Positions 9,678 to 19,832 of a stretch of DNA of 64,000 bases are shown one piece after another. The position numbers and the translations under genes are program-made. Every line of letters begins with the position of its first letter. Position 1 is the first letter of the stretch. The notes below the pieces were generated by a model that saw nothing but the letters and a program-made list of their open reading frames with translations, was not told where the DNA came from and did no database searches. The stretch covers positions 640,001 to 704,000 of the forward strand of contig OZ243927.1 in the NCBI GenBank assembly GCA_965213925.1, in the 5' to 3' direction. Source of the stretch: Trueperaceae bacterium. GTDB taxonomy: Bacteria; Deinococcota; Deinococci; Deinococcales; Trueperaceae.

Positions 9678-11687
9678 TTAACTTCTAGCTAAAACCATCT
9701 GTGTAATCGGCGCGTAGGCTTCGGCGGTGTGCTCCAAATTGCCTTCGGCGTCGTACTTATAGATGAGCTGCTCGCCGCGCTGCGCCGCGTAGAGGTAGCC
9801 CGCCTCGTCCACGGCGAGGTCTAAGAGGGCTTCGGGCGTAGCCTGGAGCGGCTTGACCGCGAACGACGCGGCGATGGCTCCGTCGGGTGTGACCTTGCGC
9901 ACCTTGCCGCTCGAGCTTTCCGCGATGTAGAGGTTGCCCGCTTGGTCGGGGGCGAGGCCGCTCAGCGTGCGCATCCCTTCGGCTTCCATCTTGAACGCCC
10001 AGCGGGTTTGATAGTTGCCCTCGGCGTCAAAGCGCTGAATCTGGCAGTTGCCATAATCGAGCACGTAGACGCCGCTCTCGTCGGCGAGAATCGTTTTGGG
10101 GTCGTTGAAGCGCCCGTGCCCGTCGCCGCGACCGCCGAAACTCTTCAGGTACGACCCGTCCGTGCTGTAGCACTGGACGTGACAGGTCTCCGCGTCGAGC
10201 ACGTAGACCGTCTCGCCCGCGCCGTCACCCGGACCGACCGCCACCGAGGTCGGGTAGAGGAGTTCGCCGGGCTTCACGCCGTAGGGTCCGAAGGAGAGGA
10301 GGCGCTCGCCAAAGGGACCCAGCTTGTGGACCATCGGGCAGCTCGCCTGACCGACGCGGTACTCGAAGATCGCCACGTAGAAATTGCCGTCACGGTCCAG
10401 CGCGACGGACTGCGGCGCGGCGGAGAAGCCGTCGCTGCTCGCGTTGACGTTGCCGAAAGAGGTGCATAGGTTGCCGTTGGTATCGAGCACGCGCAGCACC
10501 CCTTCGCGGGCGCTCACCGCGACGACCAAGCGCTCCGCCGAGGTCGCCTCGCTCACGCCGCTCAACGTGTCTAAGTTGCCCTCTAAAAGCGCCGCGACCT
10601 CTTCAAGTTCCGGGCGTTCGTCGGGGTCTTTGGCGACCATGCGCATGATAAGGGCGTCGACCGCTTGCGGGATGGCTAGGTTGAGCTGCCTGGGCGGGGG
10701 CGGCATCTGAAAAATCTGCTGGTGGACGATCACCTCGTAGCCGCCCTTAAATGCCGTTTCGCCCGTGAGCATCTCGTAGAAGACGAGCCCTAAGCTGTAG
10801 ATATCGCTGCGGTGGTCGATCTTGAGCCCTCTCGCCTGCTCGGGCGACATGTAGATGGGCGTGCCGATGCGCGCGCCGGTCATGGTGAGACGCGAGAGAA
10901 TTTTGCCGCCGGCGATGCCAAAATCCATGAGTTTAACTGCGTCGGGGGCGACGTAAGGGTCGTCCCACTCGTCGCCCTCGTTGATGCCACCTTTAATGAT
11001 CATGATGTTGGCCGGTTTGATATCGCGGTGGATGATGCCCGCCGCGTGGATATGCTGGAGCGCGTCCGCCACGCGGCGCATGATCTGGATGCTCGAGTCC
11101 GTACTCAGCTCTTCGCGCTCGATGTAGCTCTCCAGGGAGCGCCCGTCGACAAACTCCATCGCCATGAAGTGCTTCGCGCCCAAGCTGCCGTGCTCGAAGG
11201 TGCGCACGATGTTGACGTGGTCCAGGCGCTGCGCCACCTCCGCCTCGCGGTGAAAGCGGCGGATGAACTTCGCGTCGGCGACGTACTGCTCCATCGGGAT
11301 TTTGAGCGCCACAGTCTTGCCGTCACGCTTGCGGCGCGCCCTATACACGCTCGCCATGCCCCCCGAGCCGACCTTTTCCAACACGTCGTAGCCAGGAATG
11401 TCCGAGATGTCGAACGGCGAAGAGGTGTCTTCGTCCTCGCGTACCCGCGCTCGCCGCTGCGGAGGCGCGACCCGCGCCGTGCGCGCGGCGCGTGCGCCTG
11501 CTGGCACGAAAAAGCCCAGCGCGAAGGCGTGCAGCAAAACAGGCGCGAGCGCCCGCTCCGGTCCGGAGATGACCATCAGCCCGGCGCTCAGCAAAAAGGA
11601 GAGCGCGAAAAGCCCCGTACCGACCCAGCGCGGCGCGCGGAGGAGCGCAAAGGTAGCGAGAAGCGCGAGCCCGAGCAGCCAGAGCAT
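9678..11687 (-). CDS. membrane-anchored Hanks-type Ser/Thr kinase with C-terminal NHL beta-propeller
   Basis: GSGGMA, VALK, HRDIKPAN, DFG, YMSPEQ; NHL repeats (FGGRGDGHGRFNDP). Confidence 0.9.
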   Translation of the reverse strand: MLWLLGLALLATFALLRAPRWVGTGLFALSFLLSAGLMVISGPERALAPVLLHAFALGFFVPAGARAARTARVAPPQRRARVREDEDTSSPFDISDIPGYDVLEKVGSGGMASVYRARRKRDGKTVALKIPMEQYVADAKFIRRFHREAEVAQRLDHVNIVRTFEHGSLGAKHFMAMEFVDGRSLESYIEREELSTDSSIQIMRRVADALQHIHAAGIIHRDIKPANIMIIKGGINEGDEWDDPYVAPDAVKLMDFGIAGGKILSRLTMTGARIGTPIYMSPEQARGLKIDHRSDIYSLGLVFYEMLTGETAFKGGYEVIVHQQIFQMPPPPRQLNLAIPQAVDALIMRMVAKDPDERPELEEVAALLEGNLDTLSGVSEATSAERLVVAVSAREGVLRVLDTNGNLCTSFGNVNASSDGFSAAPQSVALDRDGNFYVAIFEYRVGQASCPMVHKLGPFGERLLSFGPYGVKPGELLYPTSVAVGPGDGAGETVYVLDAETCHVQCYSTDGSYLKSFGGRGDGHGRFNDPKTILADESGVYVLDYGNCQIQRFDAEGNYQTRWAFKMEAEGMRTLSGLAPDQAGNLYIAESSSGKVRKVTPDGAIAASFAVKPLQATPEALLDLAVDEAGYLYAAQRGEQLIYKYDAEGNLEHTAEAYAPITQMVLARS

Positions 11688-12445
11688 CAGCCGACCTCGG
11701 CAATCACTAAGGTGATGTTGTCGGGACCGCCGCGCTCGTTGGCTAAGTCGATGAGGTACTCTACCGAAGCTTGACGGCTCGAGCGCCTGCGAATCTCCCC
11801 TAAAATCTCGTCGGACTGGATGAGCCCGTGCAGTCCGTCAGTAGAGATCACGAACACATCACCCTGCTGCACCTCGATCTGTGCGATGTCCGGCACCACT
11901 TGGGGGCGCGTGCCGAGCGCTCTCGTGATGAGGTTGCGCCAGGCGTGGTTTTGCGCCTGCTCTTCGTTCAAGAGACCCTGCTCGAGCTGCTCCTCGACCC
12001 AGGAGTGGTCTTTGGTCAACTGGTAAATTTGTTCGCCGCGTATCAGGTAGGCGCGCGAGTCGCCAACGTGCCCCAAATACGCTCTGTGGTTGCTGACCGC
12101 CACGAGCGTCAGCGTCGTGCCCATGCCTTGCCGCCCCGTATTCGAGTTGGCGGCTTCGAAGACGCGGCGGTTCGCTAGGCGCAGCGCCTTTTCAGTCAAC
12201 TTGTCGATGCCAACCACAGGTTGACCCTGCTGAAGCGCGCCCACGTAACGGCTAAACGCCTCGTCGATGACCTCCATCGCGAGCTTGCTCGCCACTTCGC
12301 CCGCCGCCGCGCCGCCCATGCCGTCCGCGACGGCTAAGAGCGCCAGCCCCTCCGCGCAGGGGAACTGCCATACCCGGTGATAGTCCTCGTTGAGAGACCT
12401 CACCCTTCCGACATCTGAACCGTGACCTATCTGCCCTAATCGCAC
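11687..12445 (-). CDS. PP2C-family (Stp1/PrpC-like) Ser/Thr phosphatase
   Basis: RSLNED, VADGMGG, GMGTT, HVGDSRAY, STDGL, GGPDNIT. Confidence 0.92.
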   Translation of the reverse strand: MRLGQIGHGSDVGRVRSLNEDYHRVWQFPCAEGLALLAVADGMGGAAAGEVASKLAMEVIDEAFSRYVGALQQGQPVVGIDKLTEKALRLANRRVFEAANSNTGRQGMGTTLTLVAVSNHRAYLGHVGDSRAYLIRGEQIYQLTKDHSWVEEQLEQGLLNEEQAQNHAWRNLITRALGTRPQVVPDIAQIEVQQGDVFVISTDGLHGLIQSDEILGEIRRRSSRQASVEYLIDLANERGGPDNITLVIAEVG

Positions 12446-12603
12446 TCCGCTAGTTTAACGCGCTCTTTTCACCGCGCGACCTGATAAAGTCCACATTGCC
12501 GGGCCGTTCGCGCGTGTATACGAATATCGAGGAGCAACTATCACAATCTTCACACGTCCGGGCTACCTTTAGCGTAGAGAGCTGCCAAAGAGGTCGCGCT
12601 TCG

Positions 12604-12909
12604 CTAGGGTGACGCCAACTTTTCTCGGCACTGAACGCAGTACACCTGCTTAGGCACGCGCTCGCGGCAATGTGGACAGGTCACGCTGCCGCGCACCACC
12701 GACTTCACACCCATCGCGTCAAGCTCCGAGGCGATGAGAATCGCGTCCTCTTCCGACACGTCCGAAATGGTGAGTTCGATGTCGTCAGCTAGAGCGGAGA
12801 CCATGAAGGTACCGTTCGCGTAGGGTTGGGAGCCGCGCCCTTGGTTGGCGGCGTTGACGGCGGCGCGGACCTCTCTAAAGTAGGTCCATAAGGGATGCTT
12901 AGCGTCCAT
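12604..12909 (-). CDS. hypothetical protein with C-terminal zinc ribbon
   Basis: CPHC...CVQC; TACCCT -10 box 5 nt upstream of ATG. Confidence 0.7.
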   Translation of the reverse strand: MDAKHPLWTYFREVRAAVNAANQGRGSQPYANGTFMVSALADDIELTISDVSEEDAILIASELDAMGVKSVVRGSVTCPHCRERVPKQVYCVQCREKLASP

Positions 12910-12968
12910 AGCTTAGGGTAGCAGCTTAAAGGCACGCTGCTTCGTGACCTCGTACTGCGCGCCCTTCA

Positions 12969-14471
12969 TTAACTCGCCACCCCGTTACGCTTCGCCCACA
13001 CCATCAGTTCGGCCCTCGAATGCACGCCTAACTTCTTGTACAAACTCGCCACGTAGTTGCGCACCGTGTTTTTTGCGACGCCTAGCTCTTTAGCGACCGC
13101 GTCGTTGTCCAGACCTCTGGCGGAGAGCGTGAAGGTCTGCTGCTCGCGCTTGGTAAGTTGGGCGAGCTTGGTCTTCGCCTCGGACGAGACCCTGCCGCGC
13201 GCGTCCATGATCTTTTGCGCCACCGACGCGCTGAACCAGCTTGGATCGCCCATGACTTGCTCGACCGCGTCGATGAGTTCCGCCTCGGTTCGCTTCCAGT
13301 CGGACACGTCGTGGAACATGCGCAGCACGCACGCCCGTTCGTCAATCATGAGCGTTTCAGCGGAAACCTGTACGGCGTACTCGCTGCCCTCTTTAGTATT
13401 TAGGGTGACCTCTAAGGCTTGGTAGCTGCGACGCTGCTCCATCGCCGTCGCCATTACCTCCTCGGTCTCTTTTGGCCACAGCCTCAGCTCGGCTCCGGTA
13501 CGCCCCATCACGTCCTCGTCGCCGTAGCCCGTGAGCTTTCTAAAGGCTCTATTCACATCCAAAAAGCGGTCCTCGCCCAAAAAGCTGAGGGCGGCGGCGA
13601 CGGGCGCGGCGTTGAACGTTTTAGAGAAGCGCTCCTCGCTCTGCCTGAGCGCGTTCTCCGTGCGCTTACGTTCGTCGATGTCGGTGAACGTCAGGAGCAT
13701 ACAGGGCTCGTCATTGATCTCTAAAGGCTGACCGCCCACGATGACGAACTTCTTGTTGCCGCCCTGCGCCGTGAGGTAAGACTCGACGGGCTTGATCATC
13801 TCGCCGTTATGGAAGCGCTCGAGCAACCGGTCGCGACCCTCAGCACCTGCAAACGCGTCGAACTCATAGGCGGTGCGCCCGATGATCTCCTCGCGCTTAA
13901 AGCCCGTCATCTCCAAAAAACTCTTGTCCGCCTTGATATAGCGCAAGTCGGACAAGCGGCTGATTAAAGCGGGCGCAGGGTTCGAGGAGAACGCACGCTC
14001 GAAGCGCCGCTCGGCGTCGTGCTTGGCGGTGGTATCTTGAATCAAGAGAATCGCGTAAGGCTGGTCTCCACTTAGTGGGACGCCGTGGTAGCTGTGGACC
14101 CACGCTCTTTGTGTAGCGTCAGCTGAGTTTGATGCGTTATCCGAGTCGTCCGAACGGTCGGGGAAGACGTTGACCTCGAGTCCCTCTAAGCCCTCCCCGC
14201 GCAGGAGCCTATCCGCCGGGTAGCCACCTGGGGGTAGCGGGATGTCCTCTAAATCTATGAGCTTAAATCTCTCGCGGTAGCCCGCCGCGTTGCCGCCTAG
14301 GTCATCCAACGTGTCGGCGTTATGCATGGCGAGCGCAGCGCGGTTGGCGTAATGAAACGCGCCCTCTCGCGTGAGGGTCAAAACACCTTCGCTCAGGCTG
14401 TCGACGAGCGTGTTGAGGTAATCGTCCTCAAAATTACTCTCGGACGTGTTGGGTATGTTAGGTAGAATCAT
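12969..14471 (-). CDS. multi-PAS plus LuxR-type HTH one-component regulator
   Basis: Three PAS-like segments; C-terminal LTKREQQ...TVRNYVASLYKKLGV; AGGAGG RBS. Confidence 0.88.
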   Translation of the reverse strand: MILPNIPNTSESNFEDDYLNTLVDSLSEGVLTLTREGAFHYANRAALAMHNADTLDDLGGNAAGYRERFKLIDLEDIPLPPGGYPADRLLRGEGLEGLEVNVFPDRSDDSDNASNSADATQRAWVHSYHGVPLSGDQPYAILLIQDTTAKHDAERRFERAFSSNPAPALISRLSDLRYIKADKSFLEMTGFKREEIIGRTAYEFDAFAGAEGRDRLLERFHNGEMIKPVESYLTAQGGNKKFVIVGGQPLEINDEPCMLLTFTDIDERKRTENALRQSEERFSKTFNAAPVAAALSFLGEDRFLDVNRAFRKLTGYGDEDVMGRTGAELRLWPKETEEVMATAMEQRRSYQALEVTLNTKEGSEYAVQVSAETLMIDERACVLRMFHDVSDWKRTEAELIDAVEQVMGDPSWFSASVAQKIMDARGRVSSEAKTKLAQLTKREQQTFTLSARGLDNDAVAKELGVAKNTVRNYVASLYKKLGVHSRAELMVWAKRNGVAS

Positions 14472-14810
14472 TCGTTGGGTCGCCTCCTAGCTCGAAAGCG
14501 TTGCAGTAGAGTAGCGCAGAGACTAGGTTGGACTACTTAGCTCAACCACGCCGTATAACTTCATCCTACAATTTTTTCGGGACATACTTGACTCACACCC
14601 TTGAATTTCAGTGAAAGTGATAAAACCTAGTTTAGTAGGAGGAGAAACTAGTCTTTTTTTACCGAATGAAACCTTACAATTTTCTACTCTTAGCCTATGG
14701 CATAGTTTGAAGTGAGGCACGAAGTCACATAGTAAATGTAGCGAATGGTGTATTGGGCACTAAAGCGAGCGCTAAAGCAGATACCAAGTATACGCTCTAA
14801 AGGGGGCACT

Positions 14811-14993
14811 ATGGCAGACGATCCGAAAAAGCCAAAAGTCGGCGTCTACGACGACGCTACGAAAACGAGTACAACGACGACGCGCACGTCCGGCGAACCC
14901 GCTACCGAGGAGAAGAGCGGCGGGATACCGAGCTGGGTTATCGGGCTTATTATTCTAGCCGTCATCATCATCGCGCTTATTCTCATCTTTTAG
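14811..14993 (+). CDS. small tail-anchored membrane protein
   Basis: MADDPKKPKVGVYD... with C-terminal hydrophobic helix; AGGGGG RBS. Confidence 0.7.
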   Translation: MADDPKKPKVGVYDDATKTSTTTTRTSGEPATEEKSGGIPSWVIGLIILAVIIIALILIF

Positions 14994-15010
14994 TACGTCT
15001 TTTCTAGGTC

Positions 15011-15646
15011 GTGAAGGGGGTAGGCGTGGACTTCGTGACACTCACCGATTTGGAGGGTCGCCGCGCGCGAGCAGAACTGCTTTCGCAGCGTGAGGGACAG
15101 AGGTTCATCCGCTTAGAGGATGGTCAGACGTTCTCTTTGTCTGAAGACGCGCTCGTCAAGCAGCACACCGGCGACTACTATCTGCTCCTTAAACTCAGCG
15201 AATTGGAAGCTTCAGCTGACGCGCCGAGCGGTTCAGATGGCTCGCCTCAACGCTTAGACGAAGCGGTCATCCCCGTCGCCGAGGAGCAACTCAAGGTTCG
15301 TAAGCGCCGCGTCGACGGAGCCACGGTGCGCGTTACGAAAGAGGTTCACGAAGAAGAGAGAGTGGTCGACGAACCGCTCTTCAGCGAAGAGGTCGACGTG
15401 CAGCGCGTCCGGGTGGACAGAGTTGTGGACGCGCCCGAATCCATCCGCTCCGAGGGCGACAAGACGATCATCCCGCTTTACGAAGAGGTGCTCGTTGTCG
15501 AGAAGCGCCTCGTACTTACTGAAGAACTGCATGTAACCAAGCAGCGCGTAGAGAGACGGGAGCCGCAGCGCGTGACGCTGCGCCGCGAAAGCGCCACCGT
15601 CGAGCGCTTGGAACCTAACGAGGGGGTGAGGCGCAAGGAGAGCTAG
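15011..15646 (+). CDS. DUF2382 (YsnF/AvaK) domain protein
   Basis: IPVAEEQLKVRKR, IPLYEEVLVVEKRLVLTEELHV. Confidence 0.85.
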   Translation: MKGVGVDFVTLTDLEGRRARAELLSQREGQRFIRLEDGQTFSLSEDALVKQHTGDYYLLLKLSELEASADAPSGSDGSPQRLDEAVIPVAEEQLKVRKRRVDGATVRVTKEVHEEERVVDEPLFSEEVDVQRVRVDRVVDAPESIRSEGDKTIIPLYEEVLVVEKRLVLTEELHVTKQRVERREPQRVTLRRESATVERLEPNEGVRRKES

Positions 15647-15709
15647 GACGAATCAGCAAGACAGCACTGACGAACGTTTGTTATTAAGAGACATCTTCAA
15701 GGAGGCAGT

Positions 15710-16747
15710 ATGGCAAATACAGTCATTGGACTTTACAACGACACAAGCACCGCCGAGCGCGTGATTGACGACTTGACTGATAGCGGTTTTAACCGCAGCA
15801 CCATCGACATGCACCGCGAGAGCGACGCTTCGGGCTTGCATGACGAGCTTACCAGCGAGGGCATTCCCCGTGATGACGCTGACTACTATGTCGAGGGGCT
15901 GCGTGACGGCGGCGTTCTGGTGAGCGTCCAAGCAGACGACGGCGACACAGACAAAGCCGTAGACATCATGAACCGCTACGCGGACGACGGCGGCTACGAA
16001 GATAAGCGCGACCTTGACGGCGATGTTGACAGAAATATCAGCGGCGGTACCGACAGGGACGCCAACTTGAGCGCTGACACGCGCACGACGGGCTCGAGCA
16101 CGGCGGGCTCAAGCACGGCGGACGATGACACCATCGAAGTCGCTGAGGAGCGGCTACGCGTCGGCAAGCGCCGCGTCGAACGTGGCGGCGTGCGCGTTCG
16201 CAGCCGCGTCGTCGAGGAAGAGGTCTCCGAAGACGTGACCCTGCGCGACGAAGAGGTCAACGTCGAGCGCGAGCGCGTGGACCGTAAGGTGGATGGCGCG
16301 GACGGCGACCTGTTCCAAGAGCGCACCATCGAAGTGACCGAGACCGACGAAGAGGCGGTGGTGGAAAAAGAGGCGCGCGTCACCGAAGAGATTCGCGTTG
16401 GCAAAGAGGTCACCGAGCACACCGAGACCGTACGCGACACCGTGCGCCGCACCGAGGTCGACGTCGAAGAGGTCGGCGCAGACCGGAGCCGCGACGACGA
16501 CTTCCGCTCGTACGATTCGGACTTTAGGGATCACTTCAAGAACGCCTCAGCGGACGACGGCACCTATGAGCAAGCCGAGCCCGCCTACCGCTACGGCTAT
16601 ACGTCTGCGAACGATTCGCGCTACGAGGGGCGCGAATTTAGCGAGGTCGAGGACGACTTGCGCCGCGACTGGGAAGCGCGCAACGAAGGGTCTTGGGACA
16701 ACTACCGCGACTCCATCCGCTACTCGTACAACCAAACTCGCCGCTAA
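15710..16747 (+). CDS. YsnF/AvaK-family stress protein (general-stress N-terminus plus DUF2382)
   Basis: EERLRVGKR.VERGGVRV, EEAVVEKEARVTEEI, EPAYRYG; AGGAGG RBS. Confidence 0.85.
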   Translation: MANTVIGLYNDTSTAERVIDDLTDSGFNRSTIDMHRESDASGLHDELTSEGIPRDDADYYVEGLRDGGVLVSVQADDGDTDKAVDIMNRYADDGGYEDKRDLDGDVDRNISGGTDRDANLSADTRTTGSSTAGSSTADDDTIEVAEERLRVGKRRVERGGVRVRSRVVEEEVSEDVTLRDEEVNVERERVDRKVDGADGDLFQERTIEVTETDEEAVVEKEARVTEEIRVGKEVTEHTETVRDTVRRTEVDVEEVGADRSRDDDFRSYDSDFRDHFKNASADDGTYEQAEPAYRYGYTSANDSRYEGREFSEVEDDLRRDWEARNEGSWDNYRDSIRYSYNQTRR

Positions 16748-16759
16748 ACGCCTTTAGAC

Positions 16760-16794
16760 AGTTGGACTGGAGGAGAGGTTCCTCCAGTCCAACT
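16760..16794 (+). terminator. 14-bp hairpin
   Basis: AGTTGGACTGGAGG-agaggtt-CCTCCAGTCCAACT. Confidence 0.55.
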
Positions 16795-16830
16795 CATGTA
16801 GAAACCAAGAACTAGAATTCGGGGGACTTT

Positions 16831-17868
16831 ATGGCAGATAACAAACGCAACACTGAACGTGTCATCGTTGAATCTGACTCAAACGGTGTAGACAGAGATA
16901 GAACCTACGACCGAGACCGCGTTACGGAAAGCCGCACGGTCAGAAGCGACTACGACAGAAACGATTATGACAGACATGATTACGATGGCAGACCCGTCAG
17001 ACGTATCTCGTGGGGCGCAATTTTCGCAGGCGCACTCACCGCCCTGCTCACGCTTTTGCTACTCAACTTGCTCTTCTACGGTATCGGCATCTCAACGATC
17101 AACCCAGCAAGTGAGCAAAACGCTCTTTCTGGTCTCGGCACGGGTGCGCTCATCGCAACGGTCATCAGCAACTTAGTCGCGCTCTTTTTAGGCGGCTACG
17201 TCGCGGGTAAGCTCGCGGGCACGCCGCGCCGCTTTCCGAGCCTTATGCACGGCGTTCTTACTTGGGCGCTGCTCACCCTCTTCACGATCTACTTGGGCAG
17301 CACCGCTATCGGCAGTTTGGTCAGCGGGGTCACGGGCGCGGTCGGTTCTGCGTTCAGCGCCGCGACTTCGGGTATTAGCAGCGCCGCTAGCGCCATTCCT
17401 GGCAGCGCTGTTCCTAACTCACCGCAGGGTGCAGCGGGCGCGGTCAATCAAATCCCCGGTATCAGCAATGTGCAGCAGCAGATCGACCAGCTCCTCAACC
17501 GGGCGGGCGTACAAAATCCGCAGCAGGCCAGCCAGCAACTCGCACGGGTTGCCGTAAACCGTGTTCAAGCCGGCGACAGTTTGACCTCAGACCAGGCGCA
17601 ACAACAATTTTCGGATATCATCGGGCAAAATTCTGAGCTGTCCGACCAAGAGGTGGAGCAGCAGGTGCAGCAGTTCACGCAGAACGCGCAGCAGCAAGTC
17701 GACCAGGCGCAACAGCAAGCTGCTGAAACAGCCCAGACAGCCGCGAACGCGGTGGGAACAGTCTCGATCATCGCCTTTTTCGTCCTGCTGGTTGGAGCAG
17801 GGGTTGCCGCGGCGGGTAGCGCGTTCGGGAGCCCTAAGGACGAAAGGGACGCGCATAGGGTAAGCTAG
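16831..17868 (+). CDS. membrane protein (RISWGAIFAG motif family) with Gln-rich helical region
   Basis: Several TM helices, HGVLTWAL motif, Q/A-rich linker. Confidence 0.8.
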   Translation: MADNKRNTERVIVESDSNGVDRDRTYDRDRVTESRTVRSDYDRNDYDRHDYDGRPVRRISWGAIFAGALTALLTLLLLNLLFYGIGISTINPASEQNALSGLGTGALIATVISNLVALFLGGYVAGKLAGTPRRFPSLMHGVLTWALLTLFTIYLGSTAIGSLVSGVTGAVGSAFSAATSGISSAASAIPGSAVPNSPQGAAGAVNQIPGISNVQQQIDQLLNRAGVQNPQQASQQLARVAVNRVQAGDSLTSDQAQQQFSDIIGQNSELSDQEVEQQVQQFTQNAQQQVDQAQQQAAETAQTAANAVGTVSIIAFFVLLVGAGVAAAGSAFGSPKDERDAHRVS

Positions 17869-17873
17869 TTCTT

Positions 17874-18032
17874 ATGGACCTCGTCAAGATTATTTTCGCC
17901 ATCATCCTGCCGCCTTTAGGTGTCTTTCTGGAAGTCGGTTTGGGCAAGCACTTCTGGATCAACATTCTGCTGACGCTCCTGGGCTTCGTGCCTGGCATCG
18001 TTCACGCGGTTTGGGTCATTGCTAGAAAGTAG
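17874..18032 (+). CDS. YqaE/Pmp3 family membrane protein (52 aa; absent from ORF track)
   Basis: Manual translation MDLVKIIFAIILPPLGVFLEVGLGKHFWINILLTLLGFVPGIVHAVWVIARK. Confidence 0.92.
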   Translation: MDLVKIIFAIILPPLGVFLEVGLGKHFWINILLTLLGFVPGIVHAVWVIARK

Positions 18033-18051
18033 ATCAAAATCTAAGTAAGCG

Positions 18052-18085
18052 TGAGAGAGGTGACCTAGCCACCTCTCTCATTTTT
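18052..18085 (+). terminator. intrinsic terminator
   Basis: TGAGAGAGGTG/CACCTCTCTCA stem followed by TTTTT. Confidence 0.75.
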
Positions 18086-18156
18086 GTTATAGCGAGACTA
18101 GGTAAACTCTCCTTTAAGCGGGAGTAAAAAATTTCACAACTGGGGCCGAAGGGGAA

Positions 18157-19611
18157 GTGATGCAGAAACTCTACTGTTACGTCGTCTTTATACTTCTTTT
18201 TATCAGCTTAGGAGGGCTCGGCAGCGCGCAGACCGTGTCGACGCTCGAGGTGCGCGACAACCCCCACAACGTCCTCTCAGCGCTCGTCTCCTTAGAGGTG
18301 CTCGGCGCGTCTGAGGGCGCAGAGGTTGTGGTGCGCTACGAAACCGAAGGTGAGCCCACGGGCGAAACGCCCGCCTATTCAGTTGGGGAGGGCACGCAAG
18401 AGGTCACGGTACTCGGTCTATTACCCGAGACGACCTACGACGTTACCGCCTTTGTTAGCGGCGCAGGGGCTGAGGCGCAGTCCATCACCGAAACGTTCAC
18501 GACCGGTAGCCTTCCCGAGCCTCTACAGAACCTCACTATTGAAACGACGGGCGAGAGCCCGGATGGGTACACCCTCATCGAGACCTTTTTAGGACCTAAA
18601 TTCGCCTTTGCCTTCGACGGCGAGGGGCGCATCCGCTGGTACAAAAGCTTTGAAGGCGAACCCGCTCACTTCGAAACGAAGCTGCATCCGCACGGCAACT
18701 ACACGACGTTTGTGGGAACCTCCTACGGCTTTCAGCCGACGGACGGTCAGTTCGTCGAGTACACCCCGAGCGGCGAAGAGGTCGCCACGTACCAAGCTAA
18801 CGGTCCCCTCTACACCGACTCGCACGAAATTCTCCTAACAACCGATGAGAGCGGCGAGGTCGAATATGCGCACTTCTTTTCTTACGACCTGCGCCGCGTC
18901 ACCGAAGTGCCGCCCGTCGGTGGCGAAGTCGGCACGAGAACGGCGGGGCATCAGCTCTTGCGCCAGACGCCGGAGGGCAAGATTGACTTTTACTGGAACG
19001 CTTGGGACCACTTCGAGCTGGCGGACTGGACCCAGCCCAGGGGTGACCCCAACTACCAAGACTTCGACCACCCCAACTCGTTGGATTTCGACCTGGACGG
19101 TCACTACATCGTCTCGATGCGCTCTTTCGGGGCAGTCTTAAAGCTCAACGCGAAGACGGGCGCGCTCATGTGGCAGCTCGGCGGGCGAGGCAATCAATTT
19201 GAAATTTTGGATGACCCCTTGAACGGCTTTAGCGCGCAACACACCGCTTACATCACCGACGAGGGCAACTTGCTCATCTTCGACAACGGCATGACGCATG
19301 ACCCGCCTCAGAGCCGCGCCGTGGAGTATGAACTCGACTTAGAGGCGATGACCGCCAGGATGGTTTGGGAGTTTCGCCCTGAACCCAACGACGAGGTTTA
19401 CTCGCACATCGTCAGCTCGGCGGAGCGCTTTCAAAACGGTCACACGCTCGTCGGCTTCGGCGTCAAAGGGCGCATCTTCGAGGTGGACGCGCAGGGTGAA
19501 CCCGTGTGGGAAGCGTCGATCACGCGCCCTGACGATGAGGGTGAGCCGCAAGGCGTCCTCTTCTACCGGGCGAACCGTCTGCCATCTCTGCACGAGTTTA
19601 GAGAGCCGTAA
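18157..19611 (+). CDS. secreted aryl-sulfate sulfotransferase (ASST family)
   Basis: Signal peptide, Ig-like N-domain, HPNSL, FSAQH, FDNG, SRAVEY. Confidence 0.82.
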   Translation: MMQKLYCYVVFILLFISLGGLGSAQTVSTLEVRDNPHNVLSALVSLEVLGASEGAEVVVRYETEGEPTGETPAYSVGEGTQEVTVLGLLPETTYDVTAFVSGAGAEAQSITETFTTGSLPEPLQNLTIETTGESPDGYTLIETFLGPKFAFAFDGEGRIRWYKSFEGEPAHFETKLHPHGNYTTFVGTSYGFQPTDGQFVEYTPSGEEVATYQANGPLYTDSHEILLTTDESGEVEYAHFFSYDLRRVTEVPPVGGEVGTRTAGHQLLRQTPEGKIDFYWNAWDHFELADWTQPRGDPNYQDFDHPNSLDFDLDGHYIVSMRSFGAVLKLNAKTGALMWQLGGRGNQFEILDDPLNGFSAQHTAYITDEGNLLIFDNGMTHDPPQSRAVEYELDLEAMTARMVWEFRPEPNDEVYSHIVSSAERFQNGHTLVGFGVKGRIFEVDAQGEPVWEASITRPDDEGEPQGVLFYRANRLPSLHEFREP

Positions 19612-19628
19612 CCGTTAAAGAGACTCAG

Positions 19629-19832
19629 TACACTGTTAGCTAGAAAACGAGGTATGTCATTCTGAGCCCTACAGCGAGCTATAGGATAGACTCCACGTAG
19701 CGGAGAGAAAGAACCTCGTCCCCTATTCTCGACTAGCTGAGATTGCGAGTTACGGAGTTTTGGCAGAGCCAAACGAGACCCTTCGACAAGCTCAGAGTGA
19801 CAGCAGTGTCGCATTCCTTGCTTAACAGTTTA
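19629..19832. repeat. REP/MITE-like element family 1, copy C
   Basis: TGTCATTCTGAG...GAGACCCTTCGACAAGCTCAGAGTGACA core at 19655-19802; imperfect terminal inverted repeats. Confidence 0.75.

Noticed and set aside
10812..11774. 320-aa + strand ORF and other long antisense ORFs (e.g. 27867-28604, 33965-34552)
   Set aside because: Shadow ORFs opposite well-supported genes in GC-rich DNA, with no recognisable motifs.
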